This document shows positions 1 through 11,125 of a DNA stretch of 64,000 nucleotides, piece by piece. This DNA is from Escherichia coli (GTDB lineage Bacteria; Pseudomonadota; Gammaproteobacteria; Enterobacterales; Enterobacteriaceae). A program made the translations under genes and the position numbers. Within the stretch, counting starts at the first letter, position 1, and every line of letters starts with the position of its first letter. Where the stretch lies: NCBI RefSeq assembly GCF_041886205.1, contig NZ_CP169029.1; one strand, given 5' to 3'. Below the pieces are notes generated by a model. The model saw nothing but the letters and a program-made list of their open reading frames with translations. It was not told where the DNA came from and did not search any database.

Positions 1-22
1 CAGGCAATGGGCAAACGCTCCC

Positions 23-3000
23 TCAGTTAATCGCGAAATAACTGCTATTCACCAGCAAATCCAGCGGTTGGGCATCGGCAATCACATCACCATAAATCAG
101 ATCGACGCCGATGCCAGAAAGCGTATCCATCACTAAGGGTAAAACGACTGGCCCGGCGATGGTTTTCATCCCGAGTCGCTGAGCGTGCCCCTGAATAATC
201 GTAATCAGCATCTCATCCATCAAATTACCCTGCACGTTGGCGCATAACTCACCATCAAGTAGCAGGTAATCTGCCATATTCGCTTTCAGCGAGTTGAAGA
301 TTTGCAGATCGCGGCCCACCTGGCTGAGCACTATCCGACATCCCGCCAGCCGCAGTTTTTGCACGCTTTCTGCGTGATCTAAAATCGCTTCAGCCGGAAT
401 AATCAGATGTAATAACCGTGGTGGTAGAGGGCTATTTTCCAGCTGCTCAAGCAGATCATTCACCAGCGTGGCGCTACTCAAACCGGCAACGGAAAGGGCG
501 ATGCTTATGCCTTTACTGGCAACCGCTTTTGCGGCCTGCTGGAAAAATTCGTGGAATACCCGTCGGTCAAGAGCATGGCTAAGTGCCGGATCGCTGAAGC
601 TACGACGAAATGTTTGTTCATCAATAATCTCGCCTTCGCAACTCCAGAGCTTAAGTGAAATCAGCCACAAATTACGCGCTTCCGGGATCCGTGGCGAAGC
701 GACACCGTGGGCGATCATCATCAACTGATTCTCTTTAATCATCCGCCACTGTTCATCAAGCGACATCGCCGCCCGTTCGCTATGTGCGGCAGCTTGCTGC
801 GGTTCGTAAACCGTCACCCGGCCCCGGCCACCATTTTTGGAGGCATAACAGGCGATATCAGCCTGCGACATCACTTCTGCCGCCTGATGATTGTTGTCAT
901 CGATCAAGGTAATCCCGGCGCTGGCACCTACCCGATGTACCCGGCCTTCCCATATAAAGTGATAGTCATTCACAGCACTGATAATACGTGTAGCGATAAA
1001 ACGAGCGCTTTCAACATTGCAGTCTGGCAGCAGCAGACCAAATTCATCACCACCGAGCCGCGCCAGCACGTCACTGGAGCGCAGCATACTCAGCATCAAC
1101 GACGCCAGTTCGCGCAGCAAAGCGTCGCCCGCCGCATGCCCGGCGCTGTCATTCACCGCTTTAAAGCGATCAAGATCGATAAACACCAGGGCATGTCGCT
1201 GATGTGTACTGTTTATCGTTTGCAGCAGGATACGCAGTTGCTTCTCAAAACTGGCGCGATTGGCGAGATGCGTCAGTGCATCATGGGAGGCGCTGTAGCT
1301 CAGCTGGCGCAGCATTTTGCGTGATTCGGTAACGTCCTGAATCACCAGAACCGAACCAATATTGCTGCCGTCCAGAGTACTTAACGGCGTAATACTGTAA
1401 TGCACGTCGTAACTGCCGCCGCTCCGACAGTGCAACACCACATCTTGTTCGATCGCGGAACGTGAGGTGTCGGCACTGTAAATGTTCTCCATTAATGGTC
1501 CGTTGTCGCCAAAAGTAATATGCAACACCGTCAGGAGCGGAACACCTAACGCTTCTTCCTGCGTCCAGCCGCTCATCTTCTCCGCCACTGGATTCATAAA
1601 GGTAATTTTCATCGCCATATCAATACAGACCACGGCTTCGCCGATGGAGTCCAGCGTAATGTGCAGGCGCTCTTTTTCCTGAAACAATGCCTCGTTAAGC
1701 TGTTTAACCTCAGTCATATCCATATTAATGCCGAGGAGACGTTCGACTTCGCCTTCTTTATTCAGTACCCGGTTGGCGAGGGCGCGGATATGGCGAATAC
1801 CGTCTTTTACGGTAATGCGAAATTCCAGTTTAAAGGGCGAGCGTGATTGCAACGAATCACGAATCACTTTTTCGGCATGCTGGCGATCTTCCGGCAGCAC
1901 GCACTCGTACCACACCTGCCAGTTCGGTTTGATATGTGGAGGAATTTCATACAGCTCGAACATCCGCTTATCCCAGCTAAAAATATTCGGCTTCAACTCC
2001 CACTCCCAGATGCCAATCCCGCCCGCTTCGTTAGCCAGAGTGATGCGCTCCATCAGTTGCTGATTGACCTGTTCGGTGCGTTTTAGCTCGTTAATGTCTT
2101 CAATCTGAGCGATAAAATAGAGCGGCGTGCCATCCGTGTGGCGCACCAGAGAGACGGCAAGCAACGCCCAGACAACATCGCCATTGCGGTTGTAGTAACG
2201 TTTTTCCATTGAATAGGTGTTTATTTCACCGCTTATCAGCTTTTCAACCTGTTGGAGATCTTTATTGAGATCCTCCGGCCAGGTCAGTTGCTGAAAGGTG
2301 AATCCACGCAGCTCTTCCTGACTGTAACCGAGAAACTGGCAGAGTGCTTTGTTGGATTGCAGCCATTGTCCCTCGGTGCCCACTAATGCCATGCCGATGG
2401 CGGAATATTCCATCGCGTTTCGAAAACGGGTTTCGCTTTCGGAAATGTGTTTGCGTTCCGCACGAAAGGCATACATCACCATCGTCATGATGTTGGCGGG
2501 CAGCAGGATCAGCAAAAACGGTAGCCACGGCATATGGCTCATCAGGTACGTACGCGGCGTAGCAAGCAGGGAGGGATCCGCGGCCATCATCAGCGACACC
2601 ATCATCACCGTGGTAAGGAAGATCAAAAAGGCTTCCATTCGTGGCAGGCGCACGGCGCTCCACATCAACAGCACAATAATGAAAGTAAAAGGCCACGGCA
2701 GATACAGCATCGAAAGCCAGCTTAACGTCAGTGTGATGGCTAACGTGAGCAGCGACTCAAAAAGCAACCGTGGGTTGCGATGGCGCAGCAGATAGTGCGG
2801 TTTAAATAACAATCCCAGCGGCACCAGTGCCAGAGCGCCGATGGATTCTGACAGTACCCATATCAAAAATGCCCTGAGAGGATCGTCTCCGGGTGTCAGC
2901 AGGACAACCAGAACACCCCCCAACAGAGGTGGAACAATGGCGCTGCCGAGTGCCAGACGCAGCCAGTCAGCCAGATTTTGCAAGGGGTTATACCACGGCA

Positions 3001-3334
3001 GCAATTTACGTAGCAGCACTGCCCCGACCACGGCTTCAACAATATTGATGGTCGTCCAGGTCATGTTCAGCGAGCTGGTGGAAAAAAGCAGGATGGATGC
3101 GGCGATATTTCCCAGCGAACAGCTCAGCGCAATTCCCGGCCACATGCGCCCGGCATGGCGATAAAACGCCACCATCATGATGGACGTCGGGAACCACAGT
3201 GGGGCGAGTTGGGTGCCAAACTGCGAAAGCTCAAGCGAGAAAAGGGTAAAGATAAACGAGACTAAACCTAAACTGACCAGGTGAAGCAGCGGGTGGGGCA
3301 GGGCAATTAATACATGCTGTGATTGTTTGCTCAT
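23..3334 (-). CDS. dgcE: Diguanylate cyclase/phosphodiesterase DgcE (YegE): MASE1 membrane domain, PAS, GGDEF and EAL domains
   Basis: 1103-aa ORF starting MSKQSQHVLIALPHP; hydrophobic N-terminal third; RLGGDEF motif; C-terminal EAL-type domain; expected position divergent from udk. Confidence 0.9.
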   Translation of the reverse strand: MSKQSQHVLIALPHPLLHLVSLGLVSFIFTLFSLELSQFGTQLAPLWFPTSIMMVAFYRHAGRMWPGIALSCSLGNIAASILLFSTSSLNMTWTTINIVEAVVGAVLLRKLLPWYNPLQNLADWLRLALGSAIVPPLLGGVLVVLLTPGDDPLRAFLIWVLSESIGALALVPLGLLFKPHYLLRHRNPRLLFESLLTLAITLTLSWLSMLYLPWPFTFIIVLLMWSAVRLPRMEAFLIFLTTVMMVSLMMAADPSLLATPRTYLMSHMPWLPFLLILLPANIMTMVMYAFRAERKHISESETRFRNAMEYSAIGMALVGTEGQWLQSNKALCQFLGYSQEELRGFTFQQLTWPEDLNKDLQQVEKLISGEINTYSMEKRYYNRNGDVVWALLAVSLVRHTDGTPLYFIAQIEDINELKRTEQVNQQLMERITLANEAGGIGIWEWELKPNIFSWDKRMFELYEIPPHIKPNWQVWYECVLPEDRQHAEKVIRDSLQSRSPFKLEFRITVKDGIRHIRALANRVLNKEGEVERLLGINMDMTEVKQLNEALFQEKERLHITLDSIGEAVVCIDMAMKITFMNPVAEKMSGWTQEEALGVPLLTVLHITFGDNGPLMENIYSADTSRSAIEQDVVLHCRSGGSYDVHYSITPLSTLDGSNIGSVLVIQDVTESRKMLRQLSYSASHDALTHLANRASFEKQLRILLQTINSTHQRHALVFIDLDRFKAVNDSAGHAAGDALLRELASLMLSMLRSSDVLARLGGDEFGLLLPDCNVESARFIATRIISAVNDYHFIWEGRVHRVGASAGITLIDDNNHQAAEVMSQADIACYASKNGGRGRVTVYEPQQAAAHSERAAMSLDEQWRMIKENQLMMIAHGVASPRIPEARNLWLISLKLWSCEGEIIDEQTFRRSFSDPALSHALDRRVFHEFFQQAAKAVASKGISIALSVAGLSSATLVNDLLEQLENSPLPPRLLHLIIPAEAILDHAESVQKLRLAGCRIVLSQVGRDLQIFNSLKANMADYLLLDGELCANVQGNLMDEMLITIIQGHAQRLGMKTIAGPVVLPLVMDTLSGIGVDLIYGDVIADAQPLDLLVNSSYFAIN

Positions 3335-3651
3335 TACCGCTTTATCCGCAAGACCTGGTCGCCAGTATTCGTTTCTGTGTTTATGCTAGTACAAAAGTTT
3401 TACATTTTATATGCGAATTGCTCATAAAGTGACGTAAAGGCGGATGATTTGCGCAACTGCGTATAACATTTTTTACCTTGTATAAAACTGATCAACGTAA
3501 TTTGCCACCGGGAATTCTTCGTCAACAATTAACTCTGAGCGCACGGCAACGCTATTCGACTGGTATCAGGCGGATGAAATCCCTATAATTGCCGCGTTTG
3601 GCGCTTCGTCGCCCCCTTCCTAACATCCAGGTTAATCAGGTCGCTAAATAT

Positions 3652-4293
3652 ATGACTGATCAGTCTCATCAGTGCGTCATTATCGGTATCGCTGGCGCAT
3701 CGGCTTCCGGCAAGAGTCTTATTGCCAGTACCCTTTATCGTGAATTACGTGAGCAAGTCGGTGATGAACACATCGGCGTAATTCCCGAAGACTGCTATTA
3801 CAAAGATCAAAGCCATCTGTCGATGGAAGAACGCGTTAAGACCAACTACGACCATCCCAGCGCGATGGATCACAGCCTGCTGCTTGAGCATTTACAAGCG
3901 TTGAAACGCGGCTCGGCAATTGACCTGCCGGTTTACAGCTATGTTGAACATACGCGTATGAAAGAAACGGTGACGGTTGAGCCGAAGAAGGTCATCATTC
4001 TCGAAGGCATTTTGCTGCTGACGGATGCGCGTTTGCGTGACGAACTTAACTTCTCAATTTTCGTTGATACCCCGCTGGATATCTGCCTGATGCGCCGCAT
4101 CAAGCGTGACGTTAACGAGCGTGGGCGTTCAATGGATTCAGTGATGGCGCAATATCAAAAAACCGTGCGTCCGATGTTCCTGCAATTCATTGAGCCTTCT
4201 AAACAATATGCGGACATTATCGTGCCGCGCGGCGGGAAAAACCGCATTGCGATCGATATATTGAAAGCGAAAATAAGTCAGTTCTTTGAATAA
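3652..4293 (+). CDS. udk: Uridine/cytidine kinase
   Basis: ORF 3589-4293 contains [22 protein letters not shown] (P-loop); start placed at internal ATG 3652 to give the canonical 213-aa protein. Confidence 0.9.
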
Positions 4294-4384
4294 GCTTGAT
4301 AAATTGTGTACCGTTCAGTGATAACCTGGTATGCCCTTGACGTAATTGGCGTTAAGGGAGTGATGCGCGAAAGGAGAAAATGCC

Positions 4385-4966
4385 ATGCGTCTGTGTGACC
4401 GAGATATTGAAGCCTGGCTTGATGAAGGCCGTTTGTCGATCAACCCACGTCCGCCAGTGGAGCGTATTAACGGCGCGACGGTGGATGTACGCCTGGGCAA
4501 TAAATTTCGTACCTTCCGTGGTCACACGGCAGCGTTTATCGATCTGAGCGGTCCCAAAGATGAAGTGAGCGCCGCGCTTGACCGCGTGATGAGCGATGAG
4601 ATCGTTCTCGACGAGGGCGAGGCGTTCTATCTTCACCCAGGAGAGCTGGCGCTGGCGGTGACGCTGGAGTCGGTGACGCTGCCAGCCGATCTGGTGGGCT
4701 GGCTGGACGGGCGTTCCTCTTTGGCGCGTCTGGGGCTGATGGTGCACGTCACCGCGCACCGCATCGATCCGGGCTGGTCTGGCTGCATTGTGCTGGAGTT
4801 CTACAACTCCGGTAAGCTGCCGCTGGCGCTGCGTCCGGGCATGTTAATTGGTGCGCTGAGCTTTGAGCCGCTTTCCGGCCCGGCGGCGCGACCTTACAAC
4901 CGCCGTGAAGATGCGAAATATCGCAACCAGCAGGGCGCGGTAGCCAGCCGAATCGATAAAGACTAA
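4385..4966 (+). CDS. dcd: dCTP deaminase
   Basis: 193-aa [26 protein letters not shown], length and sequence typical of Dcd; follows udk. Confidence 0.92.
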
Positions 4967-4987
4967 TTCAGGCCCATTGAGGATACC

Positions 4988-6841
4988 ATGAGACGATTTC
5001 TGACGACGCTGATGATACTCCTGGTCGTGCTGGTGGCCGGATTATCTGCGTTAGTGTTGCTGGTGAATCCGAATGATTTCCGCGACTATATGGTCAAGCA
5101 AGTTGCTGCACGTAGCGGTTATCAATTGCAGCTCGACGGGCCACTGCGTTGGCACGTCTGGCCGCAGCTTAGTATCCTCTCCGGGCGAATGTCTCTCACC
5201 GCCCAGGGCGCGACCCAGCCACTGGTTCGCGCCGACAACATGCGCTTGGACGTGGCGCTTTTACCACTACTGAGTCATCAACTGAGCGTTAAGCAGGTGA
5301 TGCTAAAAGGGGCAGTGATCCAACTGACGCCGCAGACGGAAGCGGTGCGCAGTGAAGACGCTCCGGTTGCACCGCGCGACAATACCTTGCCGGATCTGTC
5401 AGACGATCGCGGATGGTCGTTTGATATATCCAGTCTTAAGGTGGCGGACAGCGTTCTGGTGTTCCAGCATGAAGATGACGAGCAGGTGACAATCCGCAAT
5501 ATCCGCCTGCAAATGGAACAAGATCCCCAACATCGTGGCTCATTTGAGTTCTCCGGGCGGGTTAATCGCGATCAGCGCGATCTCACGATATCCCTTAACG
5601 GTACGGTAGATGCTTCTGATTATCCGCATGATTTAACGGCGGCTATTGAACAAATTAACTGGCAGTTGCAGGGTGCAGATTTACCAAAACAAGGTATTCA
5701 GGGGCAGGGGAGTTTCCAGGCCCAGTGGCAGGAGTCACATAAACGCCTTTCATTTAACCAAATTAGTTTGACCGCCAATGACAGTACGCTGAGCGGGCAA
5801 GCACAGGTTACGCTGACAGAGAAACCGGAATGGCAGCTGAGGCTGCAATTCCCGCAACTGAATCTTGACAACCTCATCCCGCTTAATGAAACCGCGAATG
5901 GTGAAAACGGTGCCGCGCAGCAGGGGCAGAGCCAATCAACGTTGCCGCACCCGGTTATTTCTTCGCGTATTGATGAACCGGCCTATCAGGGACTGCAAGG
6001 CTTTACGGCTGATATTTTGTTGCAGGCCAGTAACGTGCGCTGGCGCGGAATGAATTTTACAGATGTTGCCACGCAAATGACCAACAAGTCGGGTCTGCTG
6101 GAAATTACTCAACTACAGGGCAAGCTTAACGGTGGACAGGTTTCACTGCCGGGCACGCTGGACGCGACATCAATAAATCCGCGGATAAACTTCCAGCCAC
6201 GGCTGGAAAACGTTGAGATTGGTACCATTCTGAAGGCGTTTAACTATCCGATTTCGTTGACCGGAAAAATGTCACTGGCTGGTGATTTCTCCGGTGCTGA
6301 CATAGATGCCGACGCATTCCGCCACAACTGGCAAGGACAGGCACATGTCGAAATGACCGACACGCGCATGGAAGGGATGAACTTCCAGCAGATGATTCAG
6401 CAAGCGGTAGAACGTAATGGTGGTGATGTGAAGGCCGCTGAAAACTTCGATAACGTAACGCGTCTTGACCGCTTTACCACCGATTTGACGTTGAAGGATG
6501 GCGTCGTGACGTTAAACGACATGCAAGGTCAATCGCCTGTGCTGGCGCTTACAGGGGAAGGCATGTTGAATCTGGCAGATCAAACCTGCGACACCCAGTT
6601 TGATATTCGGGTCGTGGGTGGCTGGAACGGGGAAAGCAAACTGATTGATTTCCTCAAAGAAACGCCAGTACCGCTGCGGGTTTATGGCAACTGGCAGCAA
6701 CTCAATTACAGTCTGCAAGTGGATCAGTTACTGCGCAAACATCTACAGGACGAAGCGAAACGTCGCCTGAATGACTGGGCCGAGCGGAATAAAGATTCCC
6801 GCAATGGCAAAGATGTGAAGAAGTTGCTGGAGAAGATGTAG
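4988..6841 (+). CDS. asmA: AsmA outer-membrane assembly protein
   Basis: 617-aa ORF with N-terminal membrane anchor MRRFLTTLMILLVVLVAGLSALVLL; conserved position after dcd. Confidence 0.9.
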   Translation: MRRFLTTLMILLVVLVAGLSALVLLVNPNDFRDYMVKQVAARSGYQLQLDGPLRWHVWPQLSILSGRMSLTAQGATQPLVRADNMRLDVALLPLLSHQLSVKQVMLKGAVIQLTPQTEAVRSEDAPVAPRDNTLPDLSDDRGWSFDISSLKVADSVLVFQHEDDEQVTIRNIRLQMEQDPQHRGSFEFSGRVNRDQRDLTISLNGTVDASDYPHDLTAAIEQINWQLQGADLPKQGIQGQGSFQAQWQESHKRLSFNQISLTANDSTLSGQAQVTLTEKPEWQLRLQFPQLNLDNLIPLNETANGENGAAQQGQSQSTLPHPVISSRIDEPAYQGLQGFTADILLQASNVRWRGMNFTDVATQMTNKSGLLEITQLQGKLNGGQVSLPGTLDATSINPRINFQPRLENVEIGTILKAFNYPISLTGKMSLAGDFSGADIDADAFRHNWQGQAHVEMTDTRMEGMNFQQMIQQAVERNGGDVKAAENFDNVTRLDRFTTDLTLKDGVVTLNDMQGQSPVLALTGEGMLNLADQTCDTQFDIRVVGGWNGESKLIDFLKETPVPLRVYGNWQQLNYSLQVDQLLRKHLQDEAKRRLNDWAERNKDSRNGKDVKKLLEKM

Positions 6842-6860
6842 GTTACCAGGTGACCTGTCC

Positions 6861-6899
6861 TGTAGGCCTGATAAGACGCGTAAAGCGTCGCATCAGGCG
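6861..6899. repeat. REP (repetitive extragenic palindromic) element downstream of asmA
   Basis: tgtaggcctgataagacgcg...cgtcgcatcaggcg palindromic REP consensus. Confidence 0.8.
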
Positions 6900-7292
6900 T
6901 TCGCGGCGGCACCATTATATTCTGAATATGTAAGATCGAAGGCTGTTCCGTTCACTTGATGTTCCTCGCTACTATGGAACGCTCAAGCCGGTGAACGTGC
7001 CAGGGTGGCTCAATCGCCACCACCCTGGCAACCCGGGCTCCCGGCGGTAAATCGCCGCTGGCGCGGTTCCCTCATCTTATTCCTTTCGGCTATCGGGTAC
7101 GGGCGCGAGGTAACATCCCTGTAAAACGCGCCCTCAGCCCACATCCATGTGGGCTGCCCCGGCCTACAGGAAACGATTCGGCGATTTACAGCCGGACCCA
7201 CACCCCCGCTGTAATGTCCATGTACCACAGACAACGCTTCATTGCTGAAGTTATAAGGCGTCACGCAGCATCGGGTAAAATGACCGATACCA

Positions 7293-8876
7293 TCACACCT
7301 CGTACTCCAACTCGCCATCCTTATGCAGCGGAATAATCTGCACCTTCTGCACGCGATGGCTTTCCACCTGCAACGTTTTAAGCAAATAATCCCCCACCTG
7401 AACTTCTTCGCCAGGTTTTGGAATACGCTGTAAATATTCCATCAACAGCCCGGCAATGGTGTGATATTCACGTTTTTCATCCAGCGGCAGCGGCACATAT
7501 TGCACTAGATCTTCCAGCGGCATATGACCATTCGCCGTCCAGGAACCGTCCGCATTCTTCTGAATATCATGGCGGGCGTCGATCTCTTCCACTTCGTTCG
7601 GTAAGTTACCGGCAATGGTTTCAGTGACGTCACTTAATGTCACAATCCCTTCCACCGAGCCAAACTCATCCACCACAAAAGCAAAGTGTGTGCGGGCATT
7701 ACGGAACTGCTCCAGGGCAGGTAACAACGGCAAGGTTTCCGGGAACACCAGCGGCTGGCGAATCAACACCCGCAGGTTGAGCGGTTCGCCGCGCAGTGAC
7801 TGTTGTAGCAGGTCGATAACGTGAACAACACCGAGCAAATCTTCTGCGTCGTCACCGTCGGTAACCACCAGCCGCGTATGCTGATTACGCTCCAGCAACT
7901 GGCGGATCTCGTCTTCCGGCGCGTTGAGATCGATATGCTCAATATCGTGGCGCGACGTCATAATGCTGCTGACGGTACGCTGGTTAAGATTAAGTACCCG
8001 CTCAATCATCCGCCGTTCCTGCGGATTAAAGATCTGCTGGTTACCATGATCCACCAGCATGGACGCGGTTTCGGCGTCCAGTTCCGCATCTTCTTTTTGC
8101 CCGCTAAGCAGGCGCATTACCGCTTCGGTAGTCCGCTGGCGCAGCGTCTGGTTAGCGGAAAGAAAACGTCGCCGGTTAAAGATAGCCAACTGATTGAGCG
8201 CCTCGATCATCACCGAGAAACCAATGGCAGCGTACAGGTAGCCTTTCGGAATGACGAAGCCGAAACCTTCTGCCACCAGGCTAAAGCCAATCATCAACAG
8301 GAAGCTTAAGCAGAGAATAACGATGGTCGGGTGACTGTTAACAAATTGCGTTAACGGCTTGCTGGCCATCAACATCAGGCTGATAGCGATAACCACGGCG
8401 GCCATCATGACCAGTAAATGGTCGACCATCCCGACGGCGGTAATCACCGAGTCGAGTGAGAAGATGGCGTCCAGTACCACAATTTGTGTCACCACCCCCC
8501 AGAACTTCGCACCTTTGCGTTGTGTGGGGTTATTGCTGTCTTTTCCTTCCAGCCGTTCGTTCAGCTCCATCGTGGCTTTGAACAACAGGAAGAAACCACC
8601 AAACAGCATGATTAAGTCGCGGGCGCTAAAGGTAAACGAGCGGAAGCTGAACAGCGGTTGAGTCAGGGTGACCAGCCAGGAGATTGACGCCAGCAGTAAC
8701 AGGCGCATTAACATCGCCAGCAGCAGCCCGGTAACCCGTGCGCGGTCGCGCTGCTTCGGCGGTAGTTTTTCGGCGAGGATGGCAATAAAGACCAGGTTAT
8801 CAATGCCGAGGACCAGTTCGATCACAATCAGCGTGATTAACCCGGCCCAGATAGACGGATCGGCAATCCATTCCAT
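7293..8876 (-). CDS. yegH: Inner membrane protein YegH (TerC-family membrane domain plus CBS/CorC-type domains)
   Basis: ORF 7293-8942; start set at internal ATG giving [30 protein letters not shown] (527 aa); C-terminal CBS pair and transporter-associated domain. Confidence 0.85.
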   Translation of the reverse strand: MEWIADPSIWAGLITLIVIELVLGIDNLVFIAILAEKLPPKQRDRARVTGLLLAMLMRLLLLASISWLVTLTQPLFSFRSFTFSARDLIMLFGGFFLLFKATMELNERLEGKDSNNPTQRKGAKFWGVVTQIVVLDAIFSLDSVITAVGMVDHLLVMMAAVVIAISLMLMASKPLTQFVNSHPTIVILCLSFLLMIGFSLVAEGFGFVIPKGYLYAAIGFSVMIEALNQLAIFNRRRFLSANQTLRQRTTEAVMRLLSGQKEDAELDAETASMLVDHGNQQIFNPQERRMIERVLNLNQRTVSSIMTSRHDIEHIDLNAPEDEIRQLLERNQHTRLVVTDGDDAEDLLGVVHVIDLLQQSLRGEPLNLRVLIRQPLVFPETLPLLPALEQFRNARTHFAFVVDEFGSVEGIVTLSDVTETIAGNLPNEVEEIDARHDIQKNADGSWTANGHMPLEDLVQYVPLPLDEKREYHTIAGLLMEYLQRIPKPGEEVQVGDYLLKTLQVESHRVQKVQIIPLHKDGELEYEV

Positions 8877-9117
8877 AGTAAGTACAAAACCTATTCGTTG
8901 TATGACAAATGTCACAATTCGATCATGGATAAATCGGGGCAAAAATGCAATGTTGCAGCACTATTTATCTCATATTATTTGAGGGTAATAACCTCACATT
9001 ATCCCTGAATTAAAAGTGGTAATAATAAAACATTATTTAAGAAATATCGCATGTAGAGACACTATATTAAATATTGTCAACCTAAAGAAACTCCTAAAAA
9101 CCATATTGAATGACACT

Positions 9118-9131
9118 TAATATAATTCTTA
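9118..9131. promoter_or_regulatory. Candidate RcsAB-box-like site upstream of wza
   Basis: taatataattctta (reverse complement taagaattatatta) resembles the RcsAB box consensus TaAGaatatTCctA in 10 of 14 positions; AT-rich leader of the colanic acid operon. Confidence 0.25.
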
Positions 9132-9318
9132 AAAATAGCCAATTGCCGAATTGTTACCTTGCCTGCTATTCCGTTAGCTGTAACACTTCCTCCTGCATTA
9201 TTGGAGAGCCAATATTCAATTACCATAATGTCACCTTATATTCGGAAGTTAATTTCCGCAATAACCCTTTCTCATCAACGACTGTATGTTGAGAGGGTTT
9301 TAAAAATTAAGCTAAATC

Positions 9319-9357
9319 AGTGTATTGGTAGCTAAAAAGCCAGGGGCGGTAGCGTGT
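9319..9357 (+). promoter_or_regulatory. JUMPstart element with ops (RfaH-dependent antitermination) site in wza leader
   Basis: cagtgtattggtagctaaaaagccaggGGCGGTAGcgtg; ops core GGCGGTAG at 9345-9352. Confidence 0.85.
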
Positions 9358-9534
9358 CTGGATGCCTGAAAGACCAGTCTGAATTATTCTGTCAATAGCC
9401 TGCGGATGAAATCAATTTTTTTAGGACTGATGCCAGTTAAATTTTTATTCAATTAACTGCAAGGTAAATGTGCATGGCGACATTGCTATTAATAGTGCAC
9501 AGGATAATTACTCTGCCAAAGTGATAAATAAACA

Positions 9535-10674
9535 ATGATGAAATCCAAAATGAAATTGATGCCATTATTGGTGTCAGTAACCTTGATAAGCGGTTGCACA
9601 GTACTTCCGGGCAGCAATATGTCGACGATGGGCAAAGACGTCATCAAACAGCAGGACGCTGATTTCGATCTCGACAAAATGGTGAATGTTTATCCGTTGA
9701 CCCCGCGCCTGATTGACCAATTACGTCCACGACCCAACGTAGCGCGCCCCAATATGACGCTGGAAAGCGAGATCGCGAATTACCAGTATCGCGTCGGGCC
9801 GGGGGACGTTCTTAATGTCACCGTCTGGGATCACCCGGAACTCACCACGCCAGCCGGTCAGTACCGCAGCTCCAGTGACACCGGCAACTGGGTACAGCCT
9901 GACGGCACCATGTTCTACCCGTATATCGGCAAGGTTCACGTAGTCGGGAAAACGCTCGCTGAAATCCGCAGTGATATTACCGGGCGCTTAGCGACGTACA
10001 TCGCTGACCCGCAGGTGGACGTTAATATCGCCGCCTTCCGCTCACAAAAGGCCTATATCTCAGGTCAGGTGAATAAATCCGGTCAACAGGCGATCACCAA
10101 CGTACCACTGACTATTCTCGACGCCATCAACGCCGCAGGTGGCCTGACCGACACCGCTGACTGGCGCAACGTGGTGCTAACACACAATGGTCGTGAAGAA
10201 CGCATTTCTTTGCAGGCGCTGATGCAAAACGGCGACCTCAATCAGAACCGACTGCTTTATCCCGGCGATATTCTCTACGTGCCGCGTAATGATGATCTGA
10301 AAGTATTTGTGATGGGTGAAGTGAAGAAACAGAGCACCCTGAAAATGGACTTTAGCGGCATGACCCTGACTGAAGCCCTGGGTAATGCTGAAGGCATCGA
10401 CATGACCACCTCCAACGCCAGCGGCATCTTTGTCATTCGTCCGCTGAAAGGCGAGGGCGGGCGTAATGGCAAGATTGCCAATATCTACCAGCTGGATATG
10501 TCCGATGCGACGTCGCTGGTGATGGCGACAGAATTCCGCCTGCAACCTTATGACGTGGTGTATGTCACCACCGCCCCGGTTTCCCGCTGGAACCGTCTGA
10601 TCAATCAGTTGCTGCCAACTATTAGCGGTGTCCGTTACATGACGGATACAGCCAGCGACATTCATAACTGGTAA
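9535..10674 (+). CDS. wza: Outer-membrane polysaccharide export lipoprotein Wza
   Basis: 379-aa [24 protein letters not shown] (lipobox), first gene of colanic acid cluster. Confidence 0.93.
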   Translation: MMKSKMKLMPLLVSVTLISGCTVLPGSNMSTMGKDVIKQQDADFDLDKMVNVYPLTPRLIDQLRPRPNVARPNMTLESEIANYQYRVGPGDVLNVTVWDHPELTTPAGQYRSSSDTGNWVQPDGTMFYPYIGKVHVVGKTLAEIRSDITGRLATYIADPQVDVNIAAFRSQKAYISGQVNKSGQQAITNVPLTILDAINAAGGLTDTADWRNVVLTHNGREERISLQALMQNGDLNQNRLLYPGDILYVPRNDDLKVFVMGEVKKQSTLKMDFSGMTLTEALGNAEGIDMTTSNASGIFVIRPLKGEGGRNGKIANIYQLDMSDATSLVMATEFRLQPYDVVYVTTAPVSRWNRLINQLLPTISGVRYMTDTASDIHNW

Positions 10675-10679
10675 TCGTC

Positions 10680-11123
10680 ATGTTTAACAACATCTTAGTT
10701 GTCTGTGTCGGCAATATTTGCCGTTCCCCGACGGCGGAACGCTTACTGCAACGTTATCACCCGGAACTGAAAGTGGAGTCCGCTGGACTCGGCGCGCTGG
10801 TCGGTAAGGGCGCTGATCCTACCGCTATCAGCGTCGCCGCAGAACATCAACTGTCTCTGGAAGGTCACTGTGCACGGCAAATCAGCCGCCGTCTGTGTCG
10901 CAACTATGACCTGATTTTGACCATGGAAAAGCGCCATATCGAACGCTTATGCGAGATGGCACCTGAGATGCGCGGCAAAGTGATGCTGTTTGGTCACTGG
11001 GATAACGAATGTGAAATCCCCGATCCGTATCGCAAAAGCCGGGAAACGTTTGCAGCGGTGTACACATTACTTGAACGGTCTGCCCGCCAGTGGGCGCAGG
11101 CATTGAACGCAGAGCAGGTATAA
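10680..11123 (+). CDS. wzb: Low-molecular-weight protein-tyrosine phosphatase Wzb
   Basis: 147-aa ORF with CVGNICRSP active-site loop (C-X5-R). Confidence 0.93.
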   Translation: MFNNILVVCVGNICRSPTAERLLQRYHPELKVESAGLGALVGKGADPTAISVAAEHQLSLEGHCARQISRRLCRNYDLILTMEKRHIERLCEMAPEMRGKVMLFGHWDNECEIPDPYRKSRETFAAVYTLLERSARQWAQALNAEQV

Positions 11124-11125
11124 GA

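Noticed and set aside
3589-3651. N-terminal extensions on the ORF-track calls for udk (also wzc 11090, wcaD 15913, cpsG 23925, yegH 8942, hisG 60419, hisD 59484, yefM 60832, yeeY 62293, gmd 41723, wbdR 48358)
   Set aside because: The canonical protein N-termini begin at internal ATG codons, and the extensions lie in upstream intergenic or overlapping sequence; internal starts were used.
7010-7318. 102-aa minus-strand ORF in the asmA-yegH spacer
   Set aside because: Cys/Gly/Arg-rich translation of a hairpin-rich GC region with no recognisable family; more likely non-coding.
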